From Macrostomum lignano (taxonomy: Eukaryota): DNA of 64,000 nucleotides. Where the stretch lies: contig NIVC01002101.1 of assembly GCA_002269645.1 (NCBI GenBank), forward strand, positions 1 to 64,000, in the 5' to 3' direction. Shown here in pieces: positions 12,333 to 29,086 of the stretch. The translations under genes were made by a program, and so were the position numbers. Below the pieces are notes generated by a model that was not told where the DNA came from, ran no database searches, and saw only the letters and a program-made list of their open reading frames with translations. The first letter of the stretch is position 1, and each line of letters opens with the position of its first letter.

Positions 12333-13467
12333 ACCCACCAATAATGGGTACATCTTACTAAACCATATTTGGTACCTTAAAAAGGTCATTTAGCATTATC
12401 TAGTGCCCCAAAAAGGAGCGTTAGGCTAATAGCTGACGTAACAGCAATCTAATCAAACTTGACTCAGAGGTTGGAGGTAGGTAAACGCGTCGAGATTAGA
12501 AAGTTCGGGCCGCTTACACCCTGAGAGAGCGTTTGTATAATTGCATGCCTTCATGCATGTATTTATGGGCGCCCCTCAGAAGTCAGCGGAAATGGTCAGA
12601 ATCGCCTCGGGGCTGTTCGTAGGATGCTGCTTACAAACCTCCTGCAAATTATTACATTTTCAATTGCTAATTATTTTTTTTACGGTCATAGTAAATAGGA
12701 TAGTTCCAAAATGAGCGAGCTCACTTGACAAGCTTTGTTGCAACACAATACTCCATAATTTCGATAATAGAGAAAGAATTGTTACTGCAGTTCAACGATT
12801 GCTTTCATTGATGGTGGAAGCGCGCATCAGGCATAGCCATGGTTCCAGATTTGTTTGGTTAGAAAAAAAGAAAGCCTCCCTAATCGATAGGCTGGGCTTT
12901 GGAATCTCTGAGGGGGTGGACAAAAAAGTCTCATCTCGTTGTTCAGCAAAGAGCGAATGGGAGAGAAATCTCCAGTGGAAGCTGCATCCCAATTTGTGGT
13001 GGCAGCTCCTCCCCAACTCGCCCGTCTTCAGATTGGCGAGCCAGACAGGGAGTTTCTGCTCCTCAATTCTTTCTCTCTGGCTTCTTTTGCTGCTCGGAGC
13101 GGATTTATTGCTCTCTGCCAACCTGTGGGATCCCAGGATTTCCACTATTAGCTGAAACATACCTTGAACTTCGAAGCATTGATAGCTTCTTTCTTTGCGA
13201 ACTCTCTTTTTCACAGATTGTTCATTTGCGTTCGGTAAACGGTATGTAAATAGTCTATTTTTTAAAGCTACTCTGAATCGTATAAAATTAGTTTAATCAT
13301 TCACAAGCTGGAATAATTTACAAGCTCAAAGTCTCACATCGTAGGAATCGTGCTCATGTTTTTTTACACGATTTTTTCACGCTACGTTTCAACTTTGAAA
13401 AGCCTGTCCCTCGACGCTGTCAACTTGTTTTACTGTCGATATCCTCTTTAAGGTTTAGCGGACAAAA

Positions 13468-15960
13468 ATGTTTCAAAACTCGGGTTTCGAGGCCGATTAC
13501 TTTAACGGCGGCGCGTTGAAGACGGAGGGCGCCGGCACCAGGACGACACGTCTGGACGGTGGCGACTTTCATTTCAACCGATTCGAGTCCCACTCCGCCG
13601 CCACATTGACGCCAATCAAACCCGCCGAGCAGCCCCCGGCTACCGAGGAGTCCGCCGAGGAGGGAAGCAACGGTGGATTGAGGAAGTGCATGAAGCGCTT
13701 CGCCACCCTGCTGCTGTCCCACTTCGGCACAATGGTGCTGGTGATTCTGTACATCCTCATGGGCGGCTTCCTGTTCGAGTATCTGGAGCGGGAAAACGAA
13801 ATCTCCGGCTGTTCCACCAAGTACGAGAAGTACTCGTCCAAAAGGAACGAGGCTGTGGACCGGGTGTACAACATGGCGCAGGGCGGCAACGCTTCCCTGT
13901 CTAAGTCGGCCATCTTCGACGAGCTGAGCGACTTCTCCACGGAGGTGTACCAGCTCGGCGTCAATCCGCAGCTGAACTGCTCGACGCTGGGCAAATCGGA
14001 GGACAACTGGCCGATGTGGAACTTCGCCAATGCGGCTTATTTCTCTGCAACTATCATTACCACGATTGGTGAGTAAACGATTCTTAATTTTTAGAATAAC
14101 AGACTCATACTATATAGTTTGTCTGGTAGCTAGAAAATATTGGCTCTGTCCAGTGACGTTGCCATGAATTTTATGGTGCTGGGGGACACAGCCAAGAGTT
14201 CTATATGGCTAAATTCCTACATTATTTTGGGAATCGGTGTTTTTAGCACCCATTTTGGCGCCGCAGGGACTCATATGGCACCGCATTCAGGCACTAGTTT
14301 GGCGGCACAGACAGACAATCATTTAGGCGCCACAGACAGACAATCATTTTGGCGCTACAGACAGACACTCATTTCGGCGCTACAGACAGACACTCATTTC
14401 GGCGCTACAGACAGACACTCATTTCGATTTTCGACGCTACAGACAGGCACCCATTTTGGCGTCAAAGGTGCTTTATTTTGATGCCCTGGAGCAAACTTAT
14501 TGAGTTACATAACGGCTCACAAGGTGGGGCAAAGCATTTACATGTCCCCGCCGGTGGCGACGCCACTGGCTCTGCCTGCTTACATAACATGGTAAGGTAG
14601 ATAATTCAAACCGTAAATGGCTTCACGCATTACAGGCTACGGTCACATTTCCCCAGCCACTCAGTGGGGCCAAATCGTGTGCATGATCTACGCCATTCTC
14701 GGCATCCCGCTCATGCTGCTGTTCCTCACCAAAATTGGCGAACCAACCGCCGTGCTGTTCCGCGGATTCTACCTCAACATCGTCTGCTGCAAATGCTTCA
14801 TCAAGAAGCTGCCGCATGAGAGCAAGAATTTCAACAATCAGGACGAACAGTCCAAAGATCAGCAGCAGACCAGCTGGCGGACCGTTGAGGACGGAGTTGT
14901 CAAGCAGGCACCGGCCAAGGTGAGAATGGCTTTGCAGCTTAGTATTGTTTGGCTTTGAGTTACTTTGTCTTACCGCGGTCTTGTAAGGATTTTTTTGAGT
15001 CGAAGTATCTAGATATTATTGGTGTTTTAGTTCGATGAAGCTTCCCCCCAGTAGGCCTTGACCTCTCAGCAATTCCCCCAGTAAGGCTTGACTTCTCAGC
15101 AATTCCCACCGGTAAGCCTTGGCCTCTCAGCAATCCCCCCCCCCAGTACGCCTTGACATCTCAGAAATTCACACCGTTAGCCTTAACCTCTCAGCAATTC
15201 TCCCCAGTAAGGCTTGACCTCTCAGCAATTCTCCCAAGTAAGCCTTAACCTCTCAGCAATTCCCCCCAGTAAGGCTTGACCTCTCAGCAATTCCCACTGT
15301 AAGATGTGACTACTCAGTCTTATAAAATGACAACACAGAAATCGGTGAAACTCTTAGTCGTTTAGTTTTTATCTTACCTCAACAGCCATTGTCAGTTCCC
15401 AGTTAATATAGCTTGCTATTTAGAAGTTTTGGTTCGCTGTCTTCTAAGCACACCGTACAGGTACAGGCCGTACAGGCACAGGACGTACAGGTACATTATT
15501 AAACACATATTTAAACAGGCGAGCATAGAAGCCCTGTCTCATTGTCTATAAATGGGGTTTCGTTCATAAACCATTAAATTGCCCTACGAATGTATTAAGT
15601 GACGAGAAAGTGCCTTTATTAGCTGGATTAGTTATAATCTGCCGCCCGCAGGTCTCGGAGCTGGTTATAGTCGAGGATGATGAAGACGATGAAGAAGAAG
15701 AAGAGGAGGTGGTGAACATCCCCATCACCGTGACCATCATGCTGCTGATTTTCTACATTCTCATTGGCGCTAGCGTGTTCCGCGTCTGGGAAGAATGGAC
15801 AGTGATTGAGGGCACCTACTTCTCATTTATCACCTTGAGCACCATCGGATTTGGCGATTACGTACCTGGCAAGGATGGGCCGTTCAACAGTGTGAGTTTA
15901 CTTTGAGTAACTAACTAACTAACTGACTAACTGACTAACTAACTAACTAACTAACTGACC

Positions 15961-15992
<32 letters not shown>

Positions 15993-16028
15993 GACCAACT
16001 AACTAACTAACTCACTAACTAACTGACC

Positions 16029-16064
<36 letters not shown>

Positions 16065-16068
16065 GACG

Positions 16069-16102
<34 letters not shown>

Positions 16103-16103
16103 A

Positions 16104-16138
<35 letters not shown>

Positions 16139-16599
16139 TTAACTAACTAACTAACTAACTAACTAACTGACCAACTAACTAACTAACTAACTCACTAACT
16201 AACTGACCAACTAACTAACTAATATTTGATCAATATATAACAAAAACATCATTACTACAGAACTGGATCATCGCTGAACTGCTAGTTGGCTGTGTCTACT
16301 GCGTGTTCGGCCTGGCAATGCTGTCAATGTGCATCAACCTTATCCAGGACGAGATTTCAGCCAAGTTCCACTGGATCGCCGGCAAGTTGGGCATGTCGCG
16401 CAATCGCAACGCTGAAGATGATGATGAGGATGAAGATGACGATGATGATGATGAAGAAGAAAGTGATGATGATGAAGATGAAGAGACTGACGATGAGGCG
16501 GTCAGCCAGACCGGCAGTGGCAGCGCCGCGAAGAGACGCGCCAATGCGGGCGCTGCCACCACGGCTGGTAGCGGCAAAAACCGGAGCAGCTTTGCTTGA
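13468..16599 (+). CDS. Two-pore-domain K+ channel (K2P/TWK-like), paralogue A, ~487 aa
   Basis: join(13468..14068,14636..14919,15652..15891,16261..16599). M1-cap-P1 (TTIG|YG split by a phase-1 intron)-M2-M3-P2 ([10 protein letters not shown])-M4; acidic C-terminal tail. Confidence 0.93.
14296..14462. repeat. 25-bp tandem repeat (GGCGCTACAGACAGACACTCATTTC), K2P-A intron 1
   Basis: About 5-6 degenerate units. Confidence 0.85.
15045..15320. repeat. ~30-bp degenerate minisatellite (CCTCTCAGCAATTCCCCCAGTAAGGCTTGA), K2P-A intron 2
   Basis: About 9 units visible. Confidence 0.88.
15907..16222. repeat. (CTAA)n microsatellite filling K2P-A intron 3
   Basis: About 75 tetramers with CTGA/CCAA variants. 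Confidence 0.97.
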
Positions 16600-17407
16600 G
16601 TTTGAGCTGTGGAGTTTTATTCTGTAAGACAGAAACACATGATTATTATTTACTTACTATTCGAGCGAAAGACAAACGCTATTATTGACAGGTAAAGAGG
16701 ATCGAAGCTTCTACTTGAACAAACTTTAGTTTTACAGTGAATATTTATGTTTGGAAAAAAATCTATTTTATTAAATGTAAATCTGAAGAATGATTTCCTT
16801 TTTGACTGACGATATTCAGGCTTCAGAGCTGTCAAGTGTCATGCCTATTCTGTACAAGTGGCATCAAACTTAGGATCGAACTTTACTACGATTGATACAG
16901 TTTTTTAACAAATATGGTTTATTTATAATGTATGCTATTTCTATCTGTTCACTGTGATGCTACCTGAGAGGTCTCTTGAGCCTTGCTAAGTCTTGTCTTG
17001 ATATTTAAACCTTGTTTTTTCCCAATAGCTTCTCGTCAATCTGCACTGGCCTGATATTGCTTCATCGTTCGTAGAAAATCCGGTTTATCCGGCCTGCTCT
17101 ACCCAATAAAGACACGAGTTTTTTTAATGACAACAAGCAATCATTTTAATTTTTAAAAATTAATGAAAAAAAAACAATTGAACCGAGTATTTGGTGATTT
17201 AGGCTTGCCTTCTCTGCCCATTTGCATCTCTCTGTCGAGTCAACCTATGCGCGCCTTTCTTTCATCACTGATTCTCCGTTGCCCGTTTTTACTGTAACGA
17301 AAGTAAATAGACTGTCCTATTTCAGCGCTGCCTACAAATTTTCGAAACCATTAGCGGATAAAAATTGCTTTTGTTAACTTTCTTTGTTCAAGACTAGTTG
17401 TAGCAGC

Positions 17408-18010
<603 letters not shown>

Positions 18011-18662
18011 CCTATTTTCACAGATTTTTTCGTAAGCGATGACTCCATGAAGTCAGAGGCATGACCGACTATGGATACGCTAGCTACCTCACTACGAGCG
18101 GCAGGCAATATCTCTTCCCCTCTTCATTCCATTCGGAAGGGTAGATCTGCTTGTTGATTATTCATTAACAGGGTTCACACCCCCCTCTACCTAAAAGATA
18201 ACTCCTACAAACTGTTGCAACAACAGAATTGCCCGGGCCCGGAGATACTGACCAACTGACGGTGACGGACCTCCCCAAAGCCCAACAGCAACCCCAATTC
18301 CCATCCCTGCTTACCTGTTGCCATGCCGCATGAAATAATATTCCATATTGAGCTCTTGGAGGGGGACAATGGGACACAGCAGAGGGGGGATGCGAGAGGC
18401 AGAGCGAGGGCGCAGCCAGCCGGGACAAATGAGTTTATGATTATCCTCCTCATCACTTCGCAGGTATCCGGTCAGTTTTCATTCAACCCACACTTTACTT
18501 GACCAATGGGGCTTTGTCTATTCCGCCGGAGCTAATTTGCAGAGACGGACATCGGAAGCCGCCCCTTCACGGGACTTGTATTTTTGTGATCCGATAAGCT
18601 CTGGCCTCCTGGTGACCAACCTTCTGTCTAGTAGCAGAAATCATTGAGCATTTCCAGCTGAC

Positions 18663-20643
<1,981 letters not shown>

Positions 20644-22181
20644 GACGATAGCTTTGAGACAATGCGCGTGGCATCCGGTGGCGTTAGACTCTGAAACGAC
20701 TGAGAATTCTATTAAAACAAATAAGCCTAAGTTTTAAATTAAGCTGGTACGAATGCCCGAAGTGGAGTTCAAGCCACTGGATGTAGACTTAATCATAGCA
20801 GAATTTGACCTTAAATGAACTATCGAAACTGCCATTGCACCACCTTGAAAATGTACTATAACAAACTTTATTATACCACAGTGTTTCTCTTCTGCACAAT
20901 TTTAATAGGAAAACAGAAAATACGCTTGTACGAGGTAAGTGGTTGCTTACATATATGAAGGCTATTATGCTATTTTGTTTAAATGAATCCCACTTACCCC
21001 TTGTCTGTACCGCTAGTGTTTTGCTAGCGGAGAATCTCAATAAGCATTCTCCTCTGCTATTGACAGCACTCGCCATATTCTCCCCACTGCCATAGACAGC
21101 ACTCTCCATATTCTCCCCGCTGCCATAGACAGCACCCTCCTTATTCTCCGCTCCCAACTTGCTTGGGATACATTTAATCTTTCCCTTAAAACTTGGAGAA
21201 TATCTATGACACCATCTGCTCAGCTTCTCGACTCGGAGACGAGTAGGCATTCTCCTCGTTCCAGGGGAAGAAAATACATATATTTCCCTGAAGTAATGAA
21301 ACTGTCCTAAAGTCTACCCTACCCGTACAAGAACAACTTGAGCATACGCTTAGAAACGTGTTAAAGTTTCTACCCCGATACCAGTTCATCAGGACTGAGA
21401 GTGGCAGCTTTAATCCAACTCTAGCTATGACTCTCCGGTTCTCTTCTAACCAGCCCAAGCCAGGGCCTTGTGACGCTAATTGCATCGCACACAGTTGACA
21501 AGAGAACTGCAGACGTGGTACTGACAGAAATTGACCGCTGGTTCCGGGATGGAAACTTTACCACCTTGTTGAGTGTATAATAGTGCCGCATAAACTGTCC
21601 TAAAATGATTGTCTTTTTCCAACTTTGCAAATTACAATTTTTTGTGTTGAACTACGTAGAAAGAAATTTTGCTTATATGGAAAATCATCGAATATAAGAC
21701 AGAAAATCTATATTTTTTCCAACAAAGACAGCCTGTGTCTTTAATTACTATTTTGTCTGTAGTTAACCTAACCTAAAGTGTCAACTATATTTTTGCATCC
21801 AAAAATACACCAGGCGTAAAATCTGCTTCGAAGATTCGAACTTTACTATTAACACTATAACCGTCTTTCGAGTTGAGCTGACACTTCAATTCGATGATTA
21901 TAAACGGGAAATATCGACTCAGATAGATGCTGAATACTCGATGGAAATATTTACTATCGGTCTCTATTGGTACGTCTGTGCGAAAAAAATAATCCAATGC
22001 ATCCACTTCCCCGTCTGAATGGCGGCAGTTCGCTGCGAGTGAAAATCAGATCATTGAACTGAGCGAAACAATAGCAAAAAATTGCTTTTAAAACGCCATT
22101 CTCGCTGACGTAGCGCTGCATTCCTGATTTTCTGATGCGATTTTTCTCCAAGCTAAGCGACTCGCGCGAAATTACCTCCCT

Positions 22182-24289
22182 ATGTCAGCCAACGGCGGCT
22201 ACGACTTCGAGTTCAGCCAGTTCTGCTCAGGCAGCGCAAGCGGCAGCGGCACGGAGCGCCCGTCATCAAAGCAGCGCAGCACCGGGCTCGTCAGCGGAGC
22301 TTCGGCCGGCGGCAAGCAGTCTCCAAATCTGTCCGACATTCGAGCCGAGACCAAGCGTCGTCAGGCATCAAGTTCGTCCAACAGGCGCAGCTGCATTCAC
22401 CGAATCTTCACGGTGATCTTGTCTCACCTTGGAATTTTCTTTCTCATCGTTCTCTACCTGACCATGGGCGGCTTTCTGTTCAACTATCTTGAGGTGGTGA
22501 ACGAAATCTCGGCCTGCGAGACTAAGTCGGACAAGTACGAATCCAAACGCAACGAAGCGGTGGACAGAGTCTACAACATCGCCCAGGGTGCCAACGCGTC
22601 CCTATCCAAGAGTGCTATTCTCACTGAGCTGCAAACCTTCGCCGAAGACGTGTACACCCTCGGAGTCGACCCCGGCGTTAACTGTAGCACCATCGGGGAG
22701 GCTGAAAACATGCCGAACTGGGCTTTGCCGAATAGCATCTATTTCTGCGCTACGATAATCACCACTATCGGTGAGTTGTTCTGCTCACCATGGTTTATGA
22801 AAACAGTCTGCACAGAACCTTGAACAGAGATTTGCTTTAAACTTTGAAGTCGAACCTTTGCCGTAGTTATTTTGGGTTCGAAGTCACTGTACAACTGATC
22901 TCGATTCTTTATTTTGTTTCCGATTGTCCCCCGTAAGCAGTCCCAGCTTCGACCCCTGAAAACCAACTAATAACACAAACTATGCATTGAAGCTTCATTT
23001 ATAGCATTATTCGATACGAAACTCCAGGCTACGGTCACATTGCGCCAGTTACCAAGTGGGGCCAAGTGATCTGCATGATTTACGCCGTGCTCGGCATTCC
23101 GCTCATGCTTCTGTTCCTCACCAAAATCGGCGGCCCAACTGCCACGCTGTTTCGCAGCTTCTACCTCAACATCTTCTGCTGCAAGTGCTTCATTACTAAA
23201 AGCACTTTTGGCAGGAGTTTAGCGGAAGCTGAGCTGCAGAGGCGCAAGGACGCAGAGATGGCTCGGACGGTTTCCGATAGCTCTGAGAAGCAGCCGCCTC
23301 CTAAGGTTAGTTTTAAGGGGCAGAGCAGTTCAGCGGTAAACGTGTCCGATCCTGGGTTCGATTATGAGTTGTCATGAAATTCACACTCATGAGGCTCAAA
23401 CCTAGAGAGAGTACTTGCGTGACGATTAGAAAGTCAGGGCCGCTTTACATCCTGTGTGAGCGTGTGCATGAGTGCGTGCCTGCGTACAGTATTAGCGCGC
23501 GTGTATGTGCTCAGAATTTAGGGGGGCGACGTCATCAAAGGCGTTTCGCCAGGGTGCTCACACTCTACAAGCGTTTCGTCAGTATACTATCTTTTCATCA
23601 CTCCTATAAAAACTGAGTTAAATCAATACATAAATAAGCTTCATTTTTCTCAACAGGTCAGCTCGGTCGTTGTAGTTGACGACGATGACGATGATGATGG
23701 TTTCTATGACGACGGCGTGGTGAACATTCCCATCACGATCACTTTGTTGCTGTTGATTCTCTACATCCTACTCGGCGCTGCCGTTTTCCGCATCTGGGAA
23801 ACTGAGTGGAGCATCGTTGAAGGCACTTACTTCTCTTTTATCACTCTGAGCACCATCGGCTTTGGGGACTACGTGCCCGGAAGGAATGGACCGTTTGACA
23901 ATGTCGGTACATTTGACTCTGATTTCTGTACATTTATTTATTCGGTGCGAGAACGCAGCAAAACCTGACTTTGATTTCAGATCAGCGTGGTGATCGAACT
24001 ACTAATTGGAGCCGTGTACTGCGTTTTTGGCCTGGCCATGCTGTCAATGTGCATGAATCTCATTCAGGACGAGCTCACGGCTAAGCTGATGTGGCTCAGC
24101 CTGAAGCTGGGCATCAGCCAGCCGGAAGATTTCTATAGCGACGATTCGGACAGCAGCGATTCGGACAGCGGCAGCGACGAGGACGCGGCTGGACGGCACG
24201 GCGGTGGAAACCGAACTCGATCGAATCGGACGAGGCGGTCTTCTGTCTCGCTGACACCCGGTGGAAGGAAGATTATCGTCAACGATTGA
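22182..24289 (+). CDS. K2P channel paralogue C, ~473 aa
   Basis: join(22182..22770,23028..23305,23657..23902,23981..24289). Same exon structure; the exon-3 donor GTCGGT is weaker and was inferred from paralogue alignment. Confidence 0.9.
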
Positions 24290-27200
24290 TGCCAGAATTC
24301 GCCGCATTGATGCGTGACCGAAACACACACAGGAAACTGTCAGTACATTAATTGGAGCTTTAATATTATGGAAACTTGCTTGAAGCCACACCACTGTCGC
24401 ATCTAAACGCATTAAATTGTGAAACAAAATCGGGCGTTCAAATGATTTTTTTGAGTTTTTAAGTGGTCCTTCGATGAGCAAGGCAAAAATATATTGTTGA
24501 GCATTGTCTGCAACGCTATGCTCAATTCACCTGAGCTACAGGAAGCTGTTGTTGCTACGCTGCCCAAACTATTTTTGGCTTTCAAAATGATAATTATGGA
24601 TTTGTCAGAGGCTTTTGTAATCAGCTGCACATTTAATCTTAATTTCTGATCCATAAGCAGCCGCATCATTTGTAGCATCTTGAAAAAGCAGAACTACTTG
24701 TAAATAGGAAAGATTCTGTCCCGAAAAGTACATATCAGATCCTAGCCCAGTGTTGAATAGCAGTAGCAGAAAGTCTGTCTTTTTCCCTTTCTGGGATCTG
24801 CATAATGCACTGGGAGGATAGGGATGGGGAGTTATCTGCTGCAGCCCCAGCTTCAACCCGCCTACCTGACTGCCTGCCTGCCTTCCCCATCCTCCCCACA
24901 GCGACGCTAAAAATATTGCTAAAAACTCAATTAGACGATACGAACAACTGATGTGCAGAAGGTGGATTGAAGAGGCGGAGATGAGGATGCCTTCTAAACT
25001 GCTCCTCCAGCTATTCCAGCGCTCGTCGGGCCCCCAGAGTGATGCTTTGTTTGTTGCCATGCCAACCTGTTGCAGCTGCAGGCGAGGCCGACGCTGCGCG
25101 ATGGGGACGGGGGCTAAGGGAGAGACAATGGAATGCCAATGCCAGGCAGATAGCTATAGCAGGCAGGCTCGCTCCCGCTCAGAGTGAAGTAGCGGCTTGG
25201 GAATAAGCAACTCGTAACTAATACACAACAACACAGCCCCTCAATACGATTTGGCCTCCCAAAGCTCTCTCAGTCTATCCAACTATGCTTTGGCAGGTAC
25301 TGCACTGGACAAGGTCGTCATGGATGGCTGCCACTCTGCAGCCAGCCGGTGAATAGGCTGTGTAGTGCCGCGATAAGTCGACAAACAAGAATTTATAGCA
25401 TTTATCTCAGCGCTCAGAGCTTCAAGAGAAAATCAACTCAAGAATTGAACACTACGAGATGTGGTTTCGACCTGGCTGGGATTTAGGCGTCTGACAATAA
25501 GTGGTCACAATAACCCTGTGTTTGATACCGTGTGCAGTCACATTAAGTAAAGTCTCGTATTGCCGAAAAAATTTGAGCTCAGGCACCCGGTGCGAGTGTG
25601 TGCCTGCATACTTATCTGTGTGCTCCTGGGTCAGCGGAATGGAGGTGACATATTGATTTGCTGCCCTACTGCAAGCTAACAAACTAATATGCCACATCAT
25701 AAAAAATTATTCGATGATTTGCGATTTTTATGAATACTACTCCAATTCCCCTAGACTGCTACTGTCAGTAGAAAATGAACAAATTTAGCACTTTTTACTG
25801 TGAGAAGCAATTTTTCGAAGCAGCAAGTAAGGGTTTGCCTTGTAAATCAAGAGAACTTCACTTCAGGGCTGTCTCGTGAGACTGTATGGGAGAAAGATGC
25901 AAGCAACGGTAAGGCGGAAAAAGAGGCTTGTGGTAGCAGAAGACAAAAAGAACAAAAAATGTAACAGAGCGAGCAGGCCTATTCCAAAAGAAGCAATTCA
26001 TAACTACCATGCAACACGTATTCTCATTTTCTTTGCTCAACAACTGATATGAGCCCAGCTTTTGCCACCTCTTGGACGTTTAGCATCCATCGGCCTATCA
26101 GAAAGGGATAGTGGCACCAACCAAGAACCAGAAGAGTCCACTAAGTCAAACTGTGCTTCCAGGTGCCAGCTGAAGCCATCTGTGAAGATGTGAAATTTTT
26201 CTACTGCAAATTTCTACTCAAACAGTCCCAGTGTCGCATATAAGCGTAGAGTCGTATTTTCTATTTAGAGAGCCATTCAATGCCATTAAACTCTAAATGC
26301 CACGTATTCTAGAAATCTAAAATTCAAATTTTTATCAGCTCATTTTAACTAAAATTCACGCTTTGGTGTTTTCCCAGCTAAAAGCCGGAATAATGCAAAC
26401 ACGGCTCGAATCGACAGGAATTTGACACAGGCTAAACCAATATAGAACTTTTTCCATGCAAAAGATTCCCGATACCCAGTGAAAAATGCATTTGCTGTGG
26501 GAAGCAGAGCACTAAAAGCGATTCGAATTGAGCGACATTAAAGACGAGAGTGAGAGACAGCTCTCGGCCAATGAGTCACTGTTGGAGGCCTCTTGCACAA
26601 AAGTTAGAAAATACTCACAAGGATTTATTTTTGTAAACTTGCTGGTACTTCGTATTTCGACACTTTCTGGCTGTGCATTAAAAAGATTTAATTCTGGACA
26701 GATCTTTCTTTCTAACGTCGTGGACATTTGAAAATAGAGCAGATTTAAAATCGGATTGAACATTTTCACCATGCACACTTTGTATATTAATTAGATTAAT
26801 ATCTGGCGTCTGGAATGCAAAATTCTGAGAGTGTCTTGAATAAATATTTGGGTCAAGAACTTTTAACAAGAAACTACTTCACGAGCTAATTCACTAAATC
26901 ATGACTTAGTATCGCTTTTGACGTTCTAGATAAGACTTTAGACATTCAAAATAAGACTGCATAGGATCGCAAGCAAGGCCAGGCTAGCCACGGCCAGAGC
27001 ATGCCCAGTCTTGGCTGCAGGAATGGCTTGGCCATAGACTAAAAAATGGAATATCAAAATGAGAATAAGACGCTCAATAATCGACTCCGAGCTAACATGC
27101 ATGCTTTCAACTTGCAAGCCTATTTCTATTACACTAATTTAATAAGTAGCAATTTACTGGGACAATACTATAGCTAATACGTACAATAGTCATTGTTTTA

Positions 27201-27509
27201 ACACTTGGAAAAACCATTGATTCGTATCTGGAGACATGGCTCAGTTCCTTGAGGCGTGTCAACAGGCAGTAGCTGTTCAATGAATGCATTATCTCAGAGG
27301 CAGCCGACTGAACCATCTCTTCATCGAGATTCATTCTATTCAGACCAGCAAACTCACCTTTCTGCGATCGCATGAAAGCGACAACATAGTAACTGATGCT
27401 TTGTCGAATTTTAAGAACTGCTGAGGCACGAAGTAATTGGAACTGCAAATGATCAGCATAAATTGTTATAGGATATGTTTTGCCATGGTATTTGTCCACA
27501 TTCAATTTC

Positions 27510-27858
27510 AACAACAACAACAGAAACAACAACAGAATACGCAGTTAGCGTCACAGGGTGCGCTCCAAGGCTGTGAATGAACGCCACGCCGCCGGCCGAA
27601 TCAGGGGCGCCGGCGCCAGCCAGCAGGCAGTCGATAAAACACCGAGTGCGCGACTGCCCCCCGCCGGTAGGGTGCCTGCAGCGTTAGCAGCAGCATCTCC
27701 TGCACCGGCTCTGGGCAGTACGACTCGGCGCGGATGATGTGGCCTGCCAGCTGGAGTCGCCGACGGCGCAACTGGTCGCTTGGACGGACCAGGCCGGCGC
27801 GGCGATACAAAGCCGCGTTGGTCACTCGCTCGTAGCCGATCTTGAAGGCGGCGCGTAG
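27510..27858 (-). mobile_element. 5'-truncated RTE-like non-LTR retrotransposon 3' end with (TTG)n tail
   Basis: Minus ORF ...VTNAALYRRAGLVRPSDQLRRRRLQLAGHIIR..., typical of the RTE C-terminus; close match to 36060-36420. Confidence 0.85.
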
Positions 27859-27867
27859 CACTCTACT

Positions 27868-28101
27868 TCACCCCATTTCATTTCATTCCATTCCATTCCA
27901 TTCTATTTCATTCCGTTCCATTCCATTTCATTCCATTTCATTCCATTTCATTCCATTCCATTTCATTCCATTTCATTCCATTTCATTCCATTTCATTCCA
28001 TTTCATTCCATTTCATTCCATTTCATTTCATTCCATTTCATTCTATTTCATTCCATTCCATTTCATTCTATACTATTCCATTCCATTCCATTCCATTCCA
28101 T
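27868..28101. repeat. (CATTC/CATTT)n pentamer repeat
   Basis: Directly visible; abuts the 5' junction of the RTE copy. Confidence 0.95.
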
Positions 28102-29086
28102 TAAACATTCGGCTAGCAAAATTCTGTTTGGCTCAAAGTCCCCTTCTCGAGAGTGGGCTCAGCATCCCTTTTATCATTCCATCTCTGAAATTCTTAACTT
28201 CCTCAATAATGAACAAGAAACAAAACTTATAATAAGTGTTGAGCCCGACAAAGAGTATCAGAATTTTTAGTTTGTTGATTTTACTGTAAAATAGACATAC
28301 TCGCACGTGTCAGTGTTAAGTTTTCTTACCTTAAATTAGCATATTTTCTTAGAATTACAAGATACGAGCGTACAATACAAAATATTTATTGTTAAAATGG
28401 TCACTCCATGGGCATGGGTGAACAGGATGGTGTCTGTGCAATATGTATGTTGCTAAGATGTCCCTGGCAGGAATATATCGACTTTTGAAAGTTAAAAGCG
28501 CATCACCTGCAGGAATCTGATTGACTGTTAAATAGCGTTGGCAGACAAACTTCAACTCAGAAAAACAAATCAACCGAGCAAGATTTACTTTATGCTTGCA
28601 TTTCGATTCGAAAACATGGCATTTCACAACGTGGAAAGAATAGTCCTATTGTTAAACAGACAATGACTTATTGTTTCTGGTTGCATTGAATCTTCAGGGC
28701 GGATGCGAGCTCTGTGAAAGCGTAGACGTCTCAGGGTAGAATGAAAATCGTGCAGTGAAGGTCACCCTGGGCCCAGAAAACTGCATCCGGGTGCCCATTA
28801 GCTAAACACATTCATCAAATTAGGCGTGAAAAGAAGACGAAGACAAAAGCTTACAGTCTCTGTAGACGCCCGATGGCGTGACAGGGAAGTTAAGCTTCCG
28901 TCAGAGGCAGTGACTGACTACCGTAGAATTGCGATGGGGCGGGGCTGGATTTCCTATTTGTTTATGTATAAATTTGCATAATTTTTCGCCCTAGCAGAAT
29001 AAATTTTCTCTCACATAGGCCTATGGTCTCTAAACTTTCATTATCGACAGAAGTTAGCTACTAGACATCAGCTTCATAGCTAAAAA

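Noticed and set aside
26620-26725. Resemblance of CPELNLF..QP to the Polinton/adintovirus capsid N-terminus
   Set aside because: Only a few residues match, nothing continues downstream, and splice signals explain the segment better.
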